This document shows positions 50,428-64,000 of a stretch of DNA of 64,000 nucleotides, piece after piece (position 1 is the stretch's first letter; every line of letters starts with the position of its first letter). This DNA comes from Zancudomyces culisetae HAW-14-8 (lineage: Eukaryota > Fungi > Kickxellomycota), in contig JBNJNM010000006.1 in assembly GCA_052426225.1 (NCBI GenBank), positions 1,922,001 to 1,986,000 on the forward strand, written 5' to 3'. The notes beneath the pieces are model-generated. The model did not search any database and had not been told where the DNA came from. It worked only from the letters and a program-made list of their open reading frames with translations. The position numbers and the translations under genes are program-made.

Positions 50428-51825
50428 ATGGGACTGCAAGATGCATTGCGCAAGTACCAACAACGAAAATCAACAACTTTAGCAGCCAGTACGACACACT
50501 CGACAGATTTTCTCGCGAAAAACAAAAATACACAAAAAGTGGTAACTGGTGATGAATACCGCAATACCAATACCAATACCAATGTGATCACCAATAGCAG
50601 CCATAATTTCAAAGACGAAAAGGAATTTGATGAATTTGATTTTGGCGACATAAATTTTGACGAATTCGACACAGGTTTGGAGCCTTCAAATACTAATTCG
50701 GTTGGAGTGACGAGTCATAGCCTAAACCAGAACCATGTGGCAGATAAAAGTACAGTGGTGCGTGGCCAGTCACCAGCAAAATCCAAGGATATGTGTTCTG
50801 AAAGTAAAGCCGATCTTGATCTAGACCTTGATCTAGACCTTGACCTTGGCGTTGATATGGGTTTAGATTTGGGTATAAATAATGCTGATATATTGGCAGT
50901 AATTGAGCAAACTGACACAGGAGGCAATGCTGATAGCAAAAAGACAGAAACAAAAGAGAAAAGTCTAGTAGCAATAAAAGCACCAGAAACTCAACACCAG
51001 AATAAGCGTCAAGAGTCAAAATCGGTGGTGGATTTAGGTTTGGATTCGGATCTGAACCTAGAATTGGATTTGGACCTGGATTTCGATGAAATTGAAGTAG
51101 ATCTTAGTAAGAAAAGTAAAGGAGACGATAGTATCGCTGACAGTAATGGAGGTAGGGTCGTGGTAGACTTGGAAAATGATGATAGTAAGAACAATAAGGA
51201 GATATATGAAGGAAGAAAAAATAAAAATGTAGAAATAGAAAAGGGAATAGAAATGAGCATAGAAAAACAGCCAAAGAAAAAAAGACGAATAGAAAGGAAA
51301 CAGCATCTCGACACTTGGAAAAGACTGCTGGCAGAATGTGGGATACATAGCCACGAGGAGTATGCTTCGCTTGCAACTAGCGGTGAGAGTGCTAATAAAT
51401 ACGTCGAGTGGACAATTGGAAGGATCAAGGAAACATTGGACGATTCCCGAGGCGGTGTCCCAGCACGAATAATTCCATATTTGTTGGTGATGGTCAGAGA
51501 GGTGTACATGGGAGAAACAGGGACCTGTAAAGTGGTATTTGGAGATGGACTTGTCGGGGAAACTGGAAGAGAGGAGACGATTTGTGGGTCAGTGGATAGC
51601 CGGTTCTTTGACGTTGCGGGAAACAAAATGGGAATAGGCTCGGCAGTGCTACTCCGTGATGTTCCGGCACTGATGTCAGCTGACAGTAGTGTTAGCGTTA
51701 GTCGAAGTGGAGAGTGGTGTTATTTAGTAGTAACAACATCAACAATTCACAAAATATACATCCCGGGAGACCGAGACGAGCGCAATGGGATGGGGCTGAG
51801 TGTTGATAGAGCAATTGAGTTGTAA
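50428..51825 (+). CDS. HROB/MCM8IP-like OB-fold protein (DUF4539)
   Basis: C-terminal IPYLLVMVREV..CKVVFGD..ICGSVD..MGIGSAVLLRDV..YLVVTTSTIHKIY follows the HROB OB pattern; acidic disordered N-terminus with DL repeats; first ATG at 50428. Confidence 0.72.
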   Translation: MGLQDALRKYQQRKSTTLAASTTHSTDFLAKNKNTQKVVTGDEYRNTNTNTNVITNSSHNFKDEKEFDEFDFGDINFDEFDTGLEPSNTNSVGVTSHSLNQNHVADKSTVVRGQSPAKSKDMCSESKADLDLDLDLDLDLGVDMGLDLGINNADILAVIEQTDTGGNADSKKTETKEKSLVAIKAPETQHQNKRQESKSVVDLGLDSDLNLELDLDLDFDEIEVDLSKKSKGDDSIADSNGGRVVVDLENDDSKNNKEIYEGRKNKNVEIEKGIEMSIEKQPKKKRRIERKQHLDTWKRLLAECGIHSHEEYASLATSGESANKYVEWTIGRIKETLDDSRGGVPARIIPYLLVMVREVYMGETGTCKVVFGDGLVGETGREETICGSVDSRFFDVAGNKMGIGSAVLLRDVPALMSADSSVSVSRSGEWCYLVVTTSTIHKIYIPGDRDERNGMGLSVDRAIEL

Positions 51826-51934
51826 ACAGCAGGAAAACGTGAAATATAGAATGTACGAAATAAATAAATAGAAAGAAAAAGAAGAAAAAAAAGAAGAAAA
51901 AGCAAAAGCAAAAGAAAAGCGGATACTTTGGGTA

Positions 51935-54900
51935 TTATAATAGTAAAGAGTTCATGCGACCAAGCTCAGCAAACACCGAGCTGTTCATTTTGAGCTGACT
52001 GAGGCCACTGAAAACCACCAGGTTGTTTGCCATGGTTTTAAGCTGTGGCGATTTATAGCGAGCATACAAGCTAACTAGACATCGCATAGTTAGAAGCATG
52101 ATGTGTGGAACAAGCCGCAAAACATAATCGTCGTAGGTGCGAACCAGAGAGTCGGCCATTGAGCTGATTCTGATGGTATCAGGGGCACTGGCTAGATTTG
52201 TAGTAGACGAAAAGGTTGGTAGAATTGAACAGCCAGCAATGATTTCCAAGCCTTGTTCGTAGTTTCCGCCAGAATACGCAGACACAAAGCGAGCAAACTC
52301 TACTAGCAACAGCAGGCCACTGAGGACAGTCGCAGGTTGTTTGAAGGTCTTGTCGATGGAAGATTTAAAGTAGTACTGAAGCACGGTTTGTGTCAATTCG
52401 TAGTATTCCAGATATTGTGGAGATTTGCACATTAGCTGGAACTGTGTGCTGTTGTAATCCTGGGCTGAAGCCATACCTTCGTTGTGTTGAGCTGACAACA
52501 TTCTATACAACTCATTGCCCAGTTTGTTGGTCAGAATGTGAAGCACTGTTTCGTACTGCTCGCTTAGATTGTATAACATAATGCCTTCTGTCAATTTGCC
52601 TTCTTCTATATTCTTACTTGCCAACTTTTGTGTGATTGCTGCATCGAACTGCTCCTTATTGCTTAGACCTAATAGTTGCCGGTATCGTTGTAGCAATCCT
52701 TTCTGTTGGGTTCCATCTTTTAGAATATCCCCTAAATAGTATTGATAATATTGGAAATCAGATGATTCATATAAATACTTGTTGATTGCTCTGATGCAAA
52801 CATCCAGTTGTTGCTGTTGTGTCTGGGCCTCTTTGGTATTATTATCAGTTAAACTTGGTAGTGAAAGTAATAAAATGTAGTGCATTGTCAATTCCGTTGC
52901 CACAGGTCCCATCATTGGTGTGTAGTCGTTTGCACCCAATCCAACCGAATGTACGTGGTTGAATTTTTTATCCATTTTTGCTTTGTTTTCATAGAATCTG
53001 TGAAGTGCCATGGCATAATCCAATATCAACTTGTTGAAGTTCAGTTTTACACACTTTGGCTCGTCAACTTTGCTCTTGCCAACAAGGTAGTAGTCCAATT
53101 CCGATTCCAAAAAGTACTCATAGTTGTGACCATAGTTGTATTCGTCTTGTGCAATGTTCAACAGTCCGTTGTATCCCAGTATGATCGCAAAATGCACTGC
53201 ATCCACTAGATAATAATCCTGAGTATCTCGCTCACGCTGTTGTAGCAAATATGAAATCCCTTTTTCAAACTGCTGTGTCATTATCAAAATTTTGAAATAC
53301 ACCAGTGGATTCTGTCCGCTTGGATCAAAATGCCGATCTCCAAACTTTGTTATCATGGCCTTTAGGTCACCCAGCGTATACTTCTCCATCCCCAATTCCA
53401 TTCTTCCACCCTCTTTACCATCACCCTCTATCTCTCTCGTCAGTTGCAGCTGTAGCCACAGGTAATCTTCGGTGCTAGTAATTACCTCTGGAACTGTTTT
53501 GCGTCCCAAATCACTGCGCCCTATGATTTTGTATATAATATATTTGTACGGATCTATCAAGCCAACCGACGACATTCGCATCATGTTGACCGCCGCTGCA
53601 ATCTTCTCCCTTTCCACTGCCGATACTGCTCTAACTCCACCGCTTTCTCCGGTTTCACTCTCCACATAGCTTCGCAAATACCTCAAAAACTCGGGATCAC
53701 TATCAGCCACCACATCAGCCAGTCCTATCGCATATTCCAACATCTCTCGCACCTTCCCGCACCGCAACAAATAATACATATTTGCCCATACTGCCTCACC
53801 CTCATAAACCTCCAGAAATTCCGGTATTGCCTGAGACCGTCGGAATTTAACTTGTAAATATCCTTTGATCTTGTTGTAGATCGATGGCACTCCCCCCACA
53901 GCTGCTTCTCTTGGATATTTTTCTATTACCCGCTCAATATGCTCCAGATACAATCTTTCCAGATACTCTCTTGTCTTATTGACCATTGCCTGTCTATACT
54001 CCTTTCCCCCTCGTTTATCTCCTTTTCCCCCCTTTGACTCCTTGATTTCCTTACTAACCGTCGAAAACCTTTCAACCATCTCGTAGCACTCCTTCAGGTG
54101 TTGACTGTACCTTTCGGTTTCTCCTTTGCTTGCCACCTCCCTTAGCAACTCGATGAGTTTGAGATCTACTCGCCCACTACCGCTTACAATTCTGTCCCTA
54201 GTTTCTTTTACTCTGGCAATATTGACTCTTTTTATGATTTGTCCATACTCTCCCACTTTGTTCTCTGCCTCCCCCTCCACACCCACACCTACAAACTTGC
54301 TACTTTCCCTGCTTCTCTCTTCATTTACTTCCATGGCCTTTACAAGTCGTTCCACCATTCTCGCACCCGCTTTTTCCTGCCCAAATCCGATTCCTTGTCC
54401 CTCCAACAGTTTCTGCTTGGTTTGTTCCCAATCTATTTGCGAAGCTGCTCGAAATTTATCCTCCAGCTCTTCAAGCACCTTATTCTGACTATTTTCTATA
54501 GCGCGAAGCACACTGAATTCCTCATACCCTCGTAAATATCTTTCTACATTGCTCTCCGCCACCATTGAATCCACGACCATCCCACTCGCCGTGTCCTCAA
54601 ATGCCTTTTCGATATTAATTGTGTGTACTTTTTGGAATAGTTTTTTAGCATCCACTCCTCCTTCCTCGAAAAAAGCTTGTCTATATAAATAATTATTCAG
54701 TTTTTTTTTAAATATATATATATATATATATATATATAATGATATTTCTTGTATACATTGCTAACTGTACAATACATTGTTTCATGCAATAAGAAAAAAC
54801 AAAATATATCATGATGCAAATTAAAAGCTTACGTTCTGCTATCCATTGGTCCCGTTTCTGCAACTGATCTGGTTGCCAATTTACGAGTCTCCTGACCTAG

Positions 54901-55107
54901 CGCATCCAGGTTACGTTCTACTTTTGGGAGCCCTATTCCCATTCCTGCTCCCATTTTCATTCCCAGTTCCATTCCTCCTACTATCCCAGGGCCTGAATCT
55001 ACCTGTGAACCAACACGTTTGGATTCTCTTAAAAGTTTGGAAAATGTTGGTTCCTGGCCATTTTCCTTTCCCTTTTCTCCTCCGTGTTGTCTATTCTGTA
55101 ATATCAT
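51935..55107 (-). CDS. NIC96: Nucleoporin Nic96/Nup93, 2 exons
   Basis: LPKVERNL, YLERLY, VWANMYYLLRCG, DPYKYIIYKIIGR, STEDYLWLQL, DAVHFAI. Confidence 0.95.
54711..54738. repeat. (AT)n microsatellite in the Nic96 intron
   Basis: About 14 AT units. Confidence 0.9.
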
Positions 55108-55586
55108 TATTCCGTTTCTACTTGATTTACTTTTAATATTCTATTCTTTTATTTTTACTAATTTTTTATTTCAAATTGTGTTTTTCGTGTATTAAAAAAA
55201 ATTTTACTTTTTTTTTTTTTTTGTTTACAATTAGTTTTGTAACTATTTTTACACATTTTTTCAACTACTAACTGATCCAAATTATTATGCTTGGTAATTT
55301 AACACTTTGCTAAAAGATTATCATGCAAACCTAATAAACACCACCAGCACTAATATATTAACTAATTTATCCTCTACAGTCAAAAATATATTAAAAATTA
55401 GTGCAATTAATAGCATGAGCGGCGTTTTATATCACATGAATAATATTTATTGTATACCCAATTACTATTACTAATAAAACTACATCTACCTCACAACTAC
55501 AACTACTTTTTACTCGTAAGAAAACTAAATAACAAAGCAATAATCAAGTGAATCAATAATAGCTTTATAAACCCATCAACTAGGTT

Positions 55587-57043
<1,457 letters not shown>

Positions 57044-57981
57044 TTAGATTCACTCAAACTTTATTAATACAGTTGTATTATATTTTTACCTACAGGAGAA
57101 AGATATTTATCTACCAGTATATTTACACTTGAGCCTTTGTTGTTTAGCCAAATAGTTATGAGTATGGTAAGATGCGTTTTCTCACTAATATTTTGTATTT
57201 TATTTTTTTTAGAGTTATACTAGTTGTATAAAATATTGGCTAATGAAGGATAGGAAATCCGTTTAAATAAAAGAATGTATAGTTATTAAAACACAGTTCC
57301 TCCCCCCCCTTCCCCTTTCATCTAAAACAAATATAATATTTGCCTTTTTTTTTAATGAAACCGCTAAATTTAACCAAAAGGGAGAAAGAAAAAGAAACAT
57401 GTAATATGTAATATGTGTGATGAAATATAGGTCATGGGTCCACGGGTAATCAAATAAAACTCATAAAATCATGCATAAACCGACATGCAATAAGTTGAAC
57501 AAATTTACTCAACGGATCATATATTTGTGTTTGTCTGTCTTTGCTTTTGTGTCTATTCATACTGGCAAATTGTATTACTAATTCAACGTTTTTTTGCTTT
57601 TATTTTTGCCAAGAATCGAAAAACATACACGCAAACTCACACAAACACAAAACTACTGTTGATGGTGATATGCTTAAGGCGGACTTTTTCGCTATTCCAT
57701 CACCTTTAATTTGCCTATTCCTCGCAATTTATCCGTGCTCATTGCTTTACCAGCGCAATTCTGTGTTATTTTTTTGTTTCTCAACAAAAAAAAACGTAAT
57801 GTAATATAAAGGAATTCGGGTACAAAAAATGTGTTTCAATCACGAAAATCATAGAAACATCCCGTTGGGCGTGAAATTATCCTTTTCTTTCCTCGCGCAC
57901 CCATTTCGCCAAGTGCCGAGTTTTCCTGAACTTTTTAGACAGGTTTACCATCAGCTTAGCGGAGAGCTGTTGCAGCCAAAA

Positions 57982-58855
57982 TCATACATCACATACATTA
58001 CAAAATGTTGGTTGCATGCAGGCCAGCCCGCTTGAAATGTACAAATGTGCAATTGCTCCATATACATGGGTCCTATTATCAATAGTATTAGATAGACTTC
58101 TGTTTACCGTTATATTTACTAGAGCCTGTACACTAAAACAAGCGCCGCATTTAACAAAGTTCACGGATAATATATTTTTATATATACTTGAAAGTTTCAA
58201 CTAAATTAATCATAACCTATAAAATTTTTTTGAAAAAAATCACCCATAGCGAGGTAATCAAAGTGGATACATTCAGCCAGCACAAAAATTCGTACAACAG
58301 TACATCCAGCTCAAACCCCTGGACAAACATGTCTTTTCTACGACATGTAGACCGATATAGGATGTAATACTCACTCTTTTTTATTGCCTTGACATAGAGA
58401 AATTGGTGTACATAGAATGAACATAGCAATATCACGATGGACACCGCAAGAATAATGTAGAATAAGCTGTGAGGCATACTATCAAAGTTTACCGCAGTTA
58501 CAAGTACCCAAATGCTTATTCCAAGCGTTACCAAGTACAGCACATATGAAAATATTCGAAGGCGGTTATGTGATGGCGCCTGTATTGATGACATTGGATT
58601 AAGGTATGATTGGATTTTCTCGTTTATAGAGATTTCCTGGTTAGAGCCGACTGTTCCATCAAACATTTTGTAAGTATCGTAGATGTCTTTCTCATCTATA
58701 CCATATACTATTTCTTGGGATATACTATTGCTTGTCGTTGTTTGCTGGGCGTTTTCTGTATTATAAAGAGGAAGTTAACCGGTTCTAACGTTTTCCTGAC
58801 TTTTCATTGAGGTTTGGGAATCATAACCTTCTATTAATACTTTATTTCTTGGCAT
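57982..58855 (-). CDS. Small multi-pass membrane protein (possibly TMEM192-like); 3' end uncertain
   Basis: First exon MPRNKVLIE at 58855; hydrophobic helices, then KKSEYYILYRSTCRRK; continues via a likely intron into 58200-57982. Confidence 0.45.
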
Positions 58856-59607
58856 TAATTCTGAAAACAAAAGACAAAGGCCCAGAAAAAAAATAGTGCT
58901 TGATGAATATATATGCACAGCAAACATCTTCCACACAGTGCGAAACTATTGCTTTTATTGAATTATTATCGAATTAATTCGTTTATTTAAACCTATTGCT
59001 ACCAGATACCCAACAGAAATTAAAATAAAAAGCAAGCAAGCAAATATTGTGTGTGGGTAAGGTTTGCTGTGATTGTAAACGAATTTAGTTGTCAAACATC
59101 ATTCGTATTCCGCAAAACCCAGGATTATAGTTCGCCAGATACAAAATCAACAGGCTGGTTTATTGGTCCTGGCTTCAGCTTTGGCAATGTTCACGTTTAT
59201 TTCAAATAAACATGTTGGTTTACTGTTAACATTCAAAAAGTAATGAGATGTTTTTTTTCTTTTACCAGTCTGGTTTTGTTTTTACTGAGGAATAACACCA
59301 CTTCAGAAATACCATTTTTTATCATCTTTAATACAGCTTGAGCAAAAGGTTGTGCAATTCTATAAGGCTGTTCCTAGGTGCAAACCCTACTTGTAAAAAT
59401 GTTAACTATTTCCATACACCCAGTATCATGAATGTTGTCAACCATTGTGAGGTGTAAATTAGCACAAACTCTCTGTTTGGAAATGATGAATATTGATTAT
59501 AAAAAAAAAAGAGATGGTTCTATATTTATCATTATTTGTTGTACATTTGTAGATTATATATAATTAAAGTCAAAATTAACATTAAAATGAAAATTGTCTA
59601 AAAAGAT

Positions 59608-62600
59608 TCATTTGGGCGGATTCAACAGAAGGGTGGCAATGAACTCTTGCTCCTTGGGCGCATTGGCAAAGTTTAGTTTAATGTCAGTTGTAGGAGGGCG
59701 CAAGAAACAGGGTGAAAATACCAATGCCAAGTTACTGGCATTCATCTTTGTTTTTGAAGAGATTTCGGGCTTTGTCATTAGACTTAAAAAATCCAACAGG
59801 TATTTTGTAGTACGATAATGCAGAGGAGAAAGTTGTGATATTATCCGGTGTGCCATCTCTACATTTGATGAATTTTGTATGCAGTCTAGATAGTGATTTA
59901 TCGGAATTAGTGGTAGCAGAAGCTCTCTTAACCACTCTTTTAACAGGGATGCGTATACATTCACATCATCCAAATACACAAAGTCAGATTCGCCAGCTTC
60001 TAGCATCATTCGCTACATATAAAGTAATACAACTACATTAAACTTTGCTCAGTTAATGTCCTCACATAATAAAACATCACGTTACATATTTTACTGGTGC
60101 TTAATTAAATAACGAGAGATAATCAACTTACCAAAGTTATTACCAAGTCTTTATACCCAGGAATCCTAAAAATCCCCTCAGTTTCTAAGCCTTTCAGCTC
60201 AATTATTCTATCTATCAGAAACCGTAGCAGAAAAGGAATGTTGAATTTTGAATCTACATATGCCGGTACCTTCATAATGTCATCAAGGGTAACACCGAAC
60301 AGTGGGATCCTCATAGGTGCTTTAAGAGCATACTCTAGCTCTGTAATAGTGTAGGGTGAGGATCTGCCGCCGAATTTCTTTGTATTTAAAAGCTTGGCAT
60401 GGGTATAAACAATTATGGTCCGCAGCTGCCTGTAAATTGGCGAAAGATTGGAATGTTCTTTAAACCTTTGTGACTGATCAGACAAAAATGTAATGAGGTC
60501 CTTGAAAAAAACATCGTTAGGGACAAATACGCTCGCAATAACAGCCATTATCAGCCACCCTTTGCGTAAACTTTTCCAATTTCTATTTCTCACTAATTGC
60601 TTACAGAGCTGGCAGTACATCTCATTGTGCAGGTCCCGATACTTCAATCCCAATTTAATCATAAATTGGATATTGGCTGTATACGAAACCATGTCTTGTG
60701 AGGGTCTATCGCCCATTATTTGCTGAATCACAATAAATGAGTTCAACGCATGCTTATATCTGGGTTTTGGGATATCTGTTAATGGGTAGCTAATTGCATC
60801 AGTGGTAAAGCTGAACTGTTGTTCTTTTGAAAGTCTTCTCCTGAAAAGCCCACCCTTTTGTTCCACAAAGTATCTAGATGCAAAGTTGAAATAGTTAAAG
60901 TAGCTGGATTCATCCTCAATAACGAGCCCCGAATCAATATGGTCTTTTCTATTTTGTTTTTCTACCATCTTTGTTTCTATTTAATTTTAAGATTAACATT
61001 AATTCAGAGATATTTTGTAACACTAACTTTTGTCAATTCCAGCTAAGCCCACTCTTTTCTTTAGTTTATAATGTTATGTTACACATTCAAAAAAAGGGCT
61101 AGGCATAAAAAAAAAGAGTTTGTATAATTTTTTCATATTCTTACTGCTTTCGGTACCAAGTACTTCATCCAATTTTCCCGATTTTAAGAATTCCTAAATG
61201 TAGTAATAGTTTATGCAATATTGTAAAAAATGAATCGTGGATTTGCGTAAACTCCAATTTTAATAGAGTACTTATGAACACGTGTGTTTTAAATAAAGAA
61301 AAGCCATTTTAAACACATACAGCTAAAGATTCGAGTTTTTTTTTCGGCTGCTCTAGGGAATACACGCTGCTAGCAGCGTCCTCATCCTCTTCAGGTTTAT
61401 GTTGTTTCTTGGTAGTTATTTTGAGACTTGGAGGTTTAACTATTACATCATTATAATTTTAACAAAAAAAAAATTGGTCTGTATTTTTGTAAATCTGGTA
61501 TAAGAAAAAAAATGATATTAATAAAAAAATGTAAACTAAAACATAGCTTACCTTTGTTGTGGCTCTCTGTAGACGGTCTGTAATGTTCCATTTTTAGAGT
61601 ATCCACATCACTATTTTGACACAGGTTATCAAAGTTCCCCTGGGAGCCCATTATAAGCTGTGAATCTAGCTTTAAAATGTTTTCAAGGTCCTCATTTATA
61701 TCATCAAACATGATATCCTTCGAAATTTCCAGGTTCGAGTTGGTCAACTCGGCTTTGCTTTTTGTGTCATCTATTTGGTTTGGTGCATTACAGATGGCTT
61801 CCTCTGAGGCAACCATCCCTCTGTTCAAGTAATCTTCCCACCCAAGAAGAAAGCTTTTCTCGTCAGAAACCGATACATCATCACAATCGCTCGCCCGACT
61901 CTCTAAATCGTTTTTAAAAATCTCCAAGGCGATAGATTGTGTCGAGACTCTGAAGCTGTCTGATGTGGTTTTATCCGATGAAAGAGGCCGATCCTTCTTT
62001 TCATGTGTGTCTTGCGATGTGCTAGAACCCAGCATCACTTCGCCTACCAAATAGCTTGAGCGCAGTGGCGACTTGATCACTTCGAACAAGGCTTCCTTCG
62101 CGTTTTTGACTATTTGTGCCAAGGTATCTTGGTTAAAATGCAGAAAAATATTGCCCTTCCTGCTAATATCTAATAAAACTAGTACTACCCGGGCAATCTT
62201 AAAATAATAATTAGCTTTTTACCTTCTTTTGATACCCTATTGTCCGAATTTGGCAAAATTATTACTTTTTTCGCACTTTTTCCTGAGCTTTTTCCTGGAT
62301 TCTATAATATTATTTTTTTAAAAAAAGGTTATAGAGGCTCAGAATTCAAAGAAAAGGAGTACATACCAGAAATTCCTCGGCGCATATAATTATCGAGTCT
62401 TTTGGAGCTTCCCACTCTGTCAATTTCAAATATGGGTTGTAATAGTACAAATCGCCGCTTTCTTCGTCTACCAACTCCCACCATTCCCCATTGGGATCCT
62501 TTTCCCGCCTATCCAAAAGATTCAACTTATCTCTTACTAAATATTTACCATAACGCATTTTAGAGTAAATAGAGATATCAAGAAACTTACACCAATTCAT

Positions 62601-62730
62601 TTGTTGGCCGAGTCTGCCTACAATCGCCGTCTTCGGGGTTGATATATAATACTGAATTCGAGTGTGGATCAAATATTTCCACCCACATCTTTGTACCTTT
62701 CTTTACACCGTTTTGTGTAAAACTGGCCAT
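59608..62730 (-). CDS. WW-WW-MyTH4-RhoGAP protein (ARHGAP39/Vilse-like), multi-exon
   Basis: WVEIFDP..LYINP, EWWELVD..YYYNP..TEWEAP (WW); IQQIMGDR..HNEMYCQLCKQL..KGW (MyTH4); LFGVTL, GLETEGIFRIPG, ASLLKEWLREL, TKMNASNLALVFSP (RhoGAP). Confidence 0.88.
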
Positions 62731-64000
62731 TGAAATACTATATGTTGAATTCTTGATTTTTGCGTTTGTGTTTGAATATTCACAAGTGAAAGTGGAGTGT
62801 ATTAAAGCCGTAGTAAAGTATATGCTGGTATTAATTTAGATTTAAACTCCCTTTTCTCTGCTATCACCACTATATTTATTATGATTTGAGTTGGTTTCTA
62901 TTGTCTATATTCTTTTGCCAATTGACCTTTTATTACTAGCGTTTTCATCACATCAAAAAAAATACACTGCAATCACAAAAATAGACACAGTAAATTATAA
63001 ATTGTGCGATTTTATGCGAAAACCAACTTGAATTCTAATATGTTTTCGGATTTTTTCAAACTCTTCTATTATATTTCCTCAACACAAATTGCGGAAATGA
63101 TGCTTCCGGCCATTTTTTCCTTTGTTTGTTTCCAAAATTACACCTCATCTCTATTTTTATAACAATAATTTTTTGGAATCTAGAGAGGCGCCATATTTTG
63201 AACACAAATGATTCACCAAGTGGCTGTAAATACTTTGCAATTATGAAAATGTTTGGTGTTTTCCTAAAGCTGGGCGGGGTGCATCCAATTTGTTGTCCAA
63301 TTACGCAAAATTCGTTTTTATTTATTTTTTTAGTTGTGATATTATGTAATATGGTTAAACAAATCAGCAGCATTCATTTATTAGTTTTCCAAATTGCAAT
63401 TGAAAATGCCTATTAGGATAAAGCGCAATACATATTAGCAAGACCAATTAGCATGTGAAATATGTATTTCAGACAATTTATTTTCTAATACAGAGAAAAC
63501 TGAGCCTTTTTTTGTTAAGAGAGTTTCAAGTATCGCTAAAGGGATGGATTTGGGCTGACAAAAAAAGCATTATTGTTGCGCTTTCAAAGGAAATGAAATA
63601 ATGAAGCATTTGAGAAGAATAAACTGCTAAGCTATTAACGCAATTATGGTGGTTGATGTAGTAAATCGCCTTTAATCAATGGTAGAACAAGCCAGGTGAT
63701 ACGGAATGAAATTTTAATATATACATATATGTATCTTTGTGTGCGAATATGTGAAACGCAAAATAAATAGCAAAAGGCATTAAAAGTAAAAGGTCACTAA
63801 CTCCGGTGGTCCAACTAGTTTTGTATTTCTGATGTGTTGATATCCTATCAGAGGTGGTTGTACATTTTTGGACCTCCCTAAAAAAAAAGACGCAGACTCG
63901 TCTTACACGGTATATTCCTGATTTCAGTGTGAGCAAGAAAAAAAAAGACAAAATAGGTACGAGCTTTGTGAACTTGTCCAAGTGTAACAATCTTCCTATT

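Noticed and set aside
63670-64000. Possible plus-strand coding fragment at the window end
   Set aside because: Short open frame with no recognisable motif or start; cannot be supported.

Overview
AT-rich eukaryotic genomic DNA with short GT-AG introns. Gene content suggests an early-diverging fungus (Zoopagomycota/Mucoromycota-like; this is inference, not a search result). Bases 1-8219 are a nested or chimeric Ty3/gypsy cluster on the minus strand. Element A (5' LTR 7693-8219, PBS, gag, and a protease-RT fragment at 1-990) is interrupted by chromovirus element B (zinc knuckle-PR-long spacer-RT-RH-IN-chromodomain, PPT, 3' LTR 992-1478). The two LTRs are unrelated in sequence, yet both are built almost entirely of abutting hairpins. 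A tRNA-Thr(AGT) gene follows. The host genes are: SERF, RNase H2B, a cyclopropane fatty-acyl phospholipid synthase, a DDIAS-like OB-fold protein, a CBS-domain protein, choline-phosphate cytidylyltransferase (with a GC-AG intron), a Q-rich MED25-like Mediator subunit, CEF1/CDC5L, an SLC35F5-type transporter, COX Va, a GST omega-like protein, an RMP1/NEPRO-like protein, an HROB-like protein, Nic96, Rab8/Sec4, a small membrane protein and an ARHGAP39-like WW-MyTH4-RhoGAP. Several of these families are known mainly from animals or plants and are absent from budding yeast. All family calls are motif recognition by eye.
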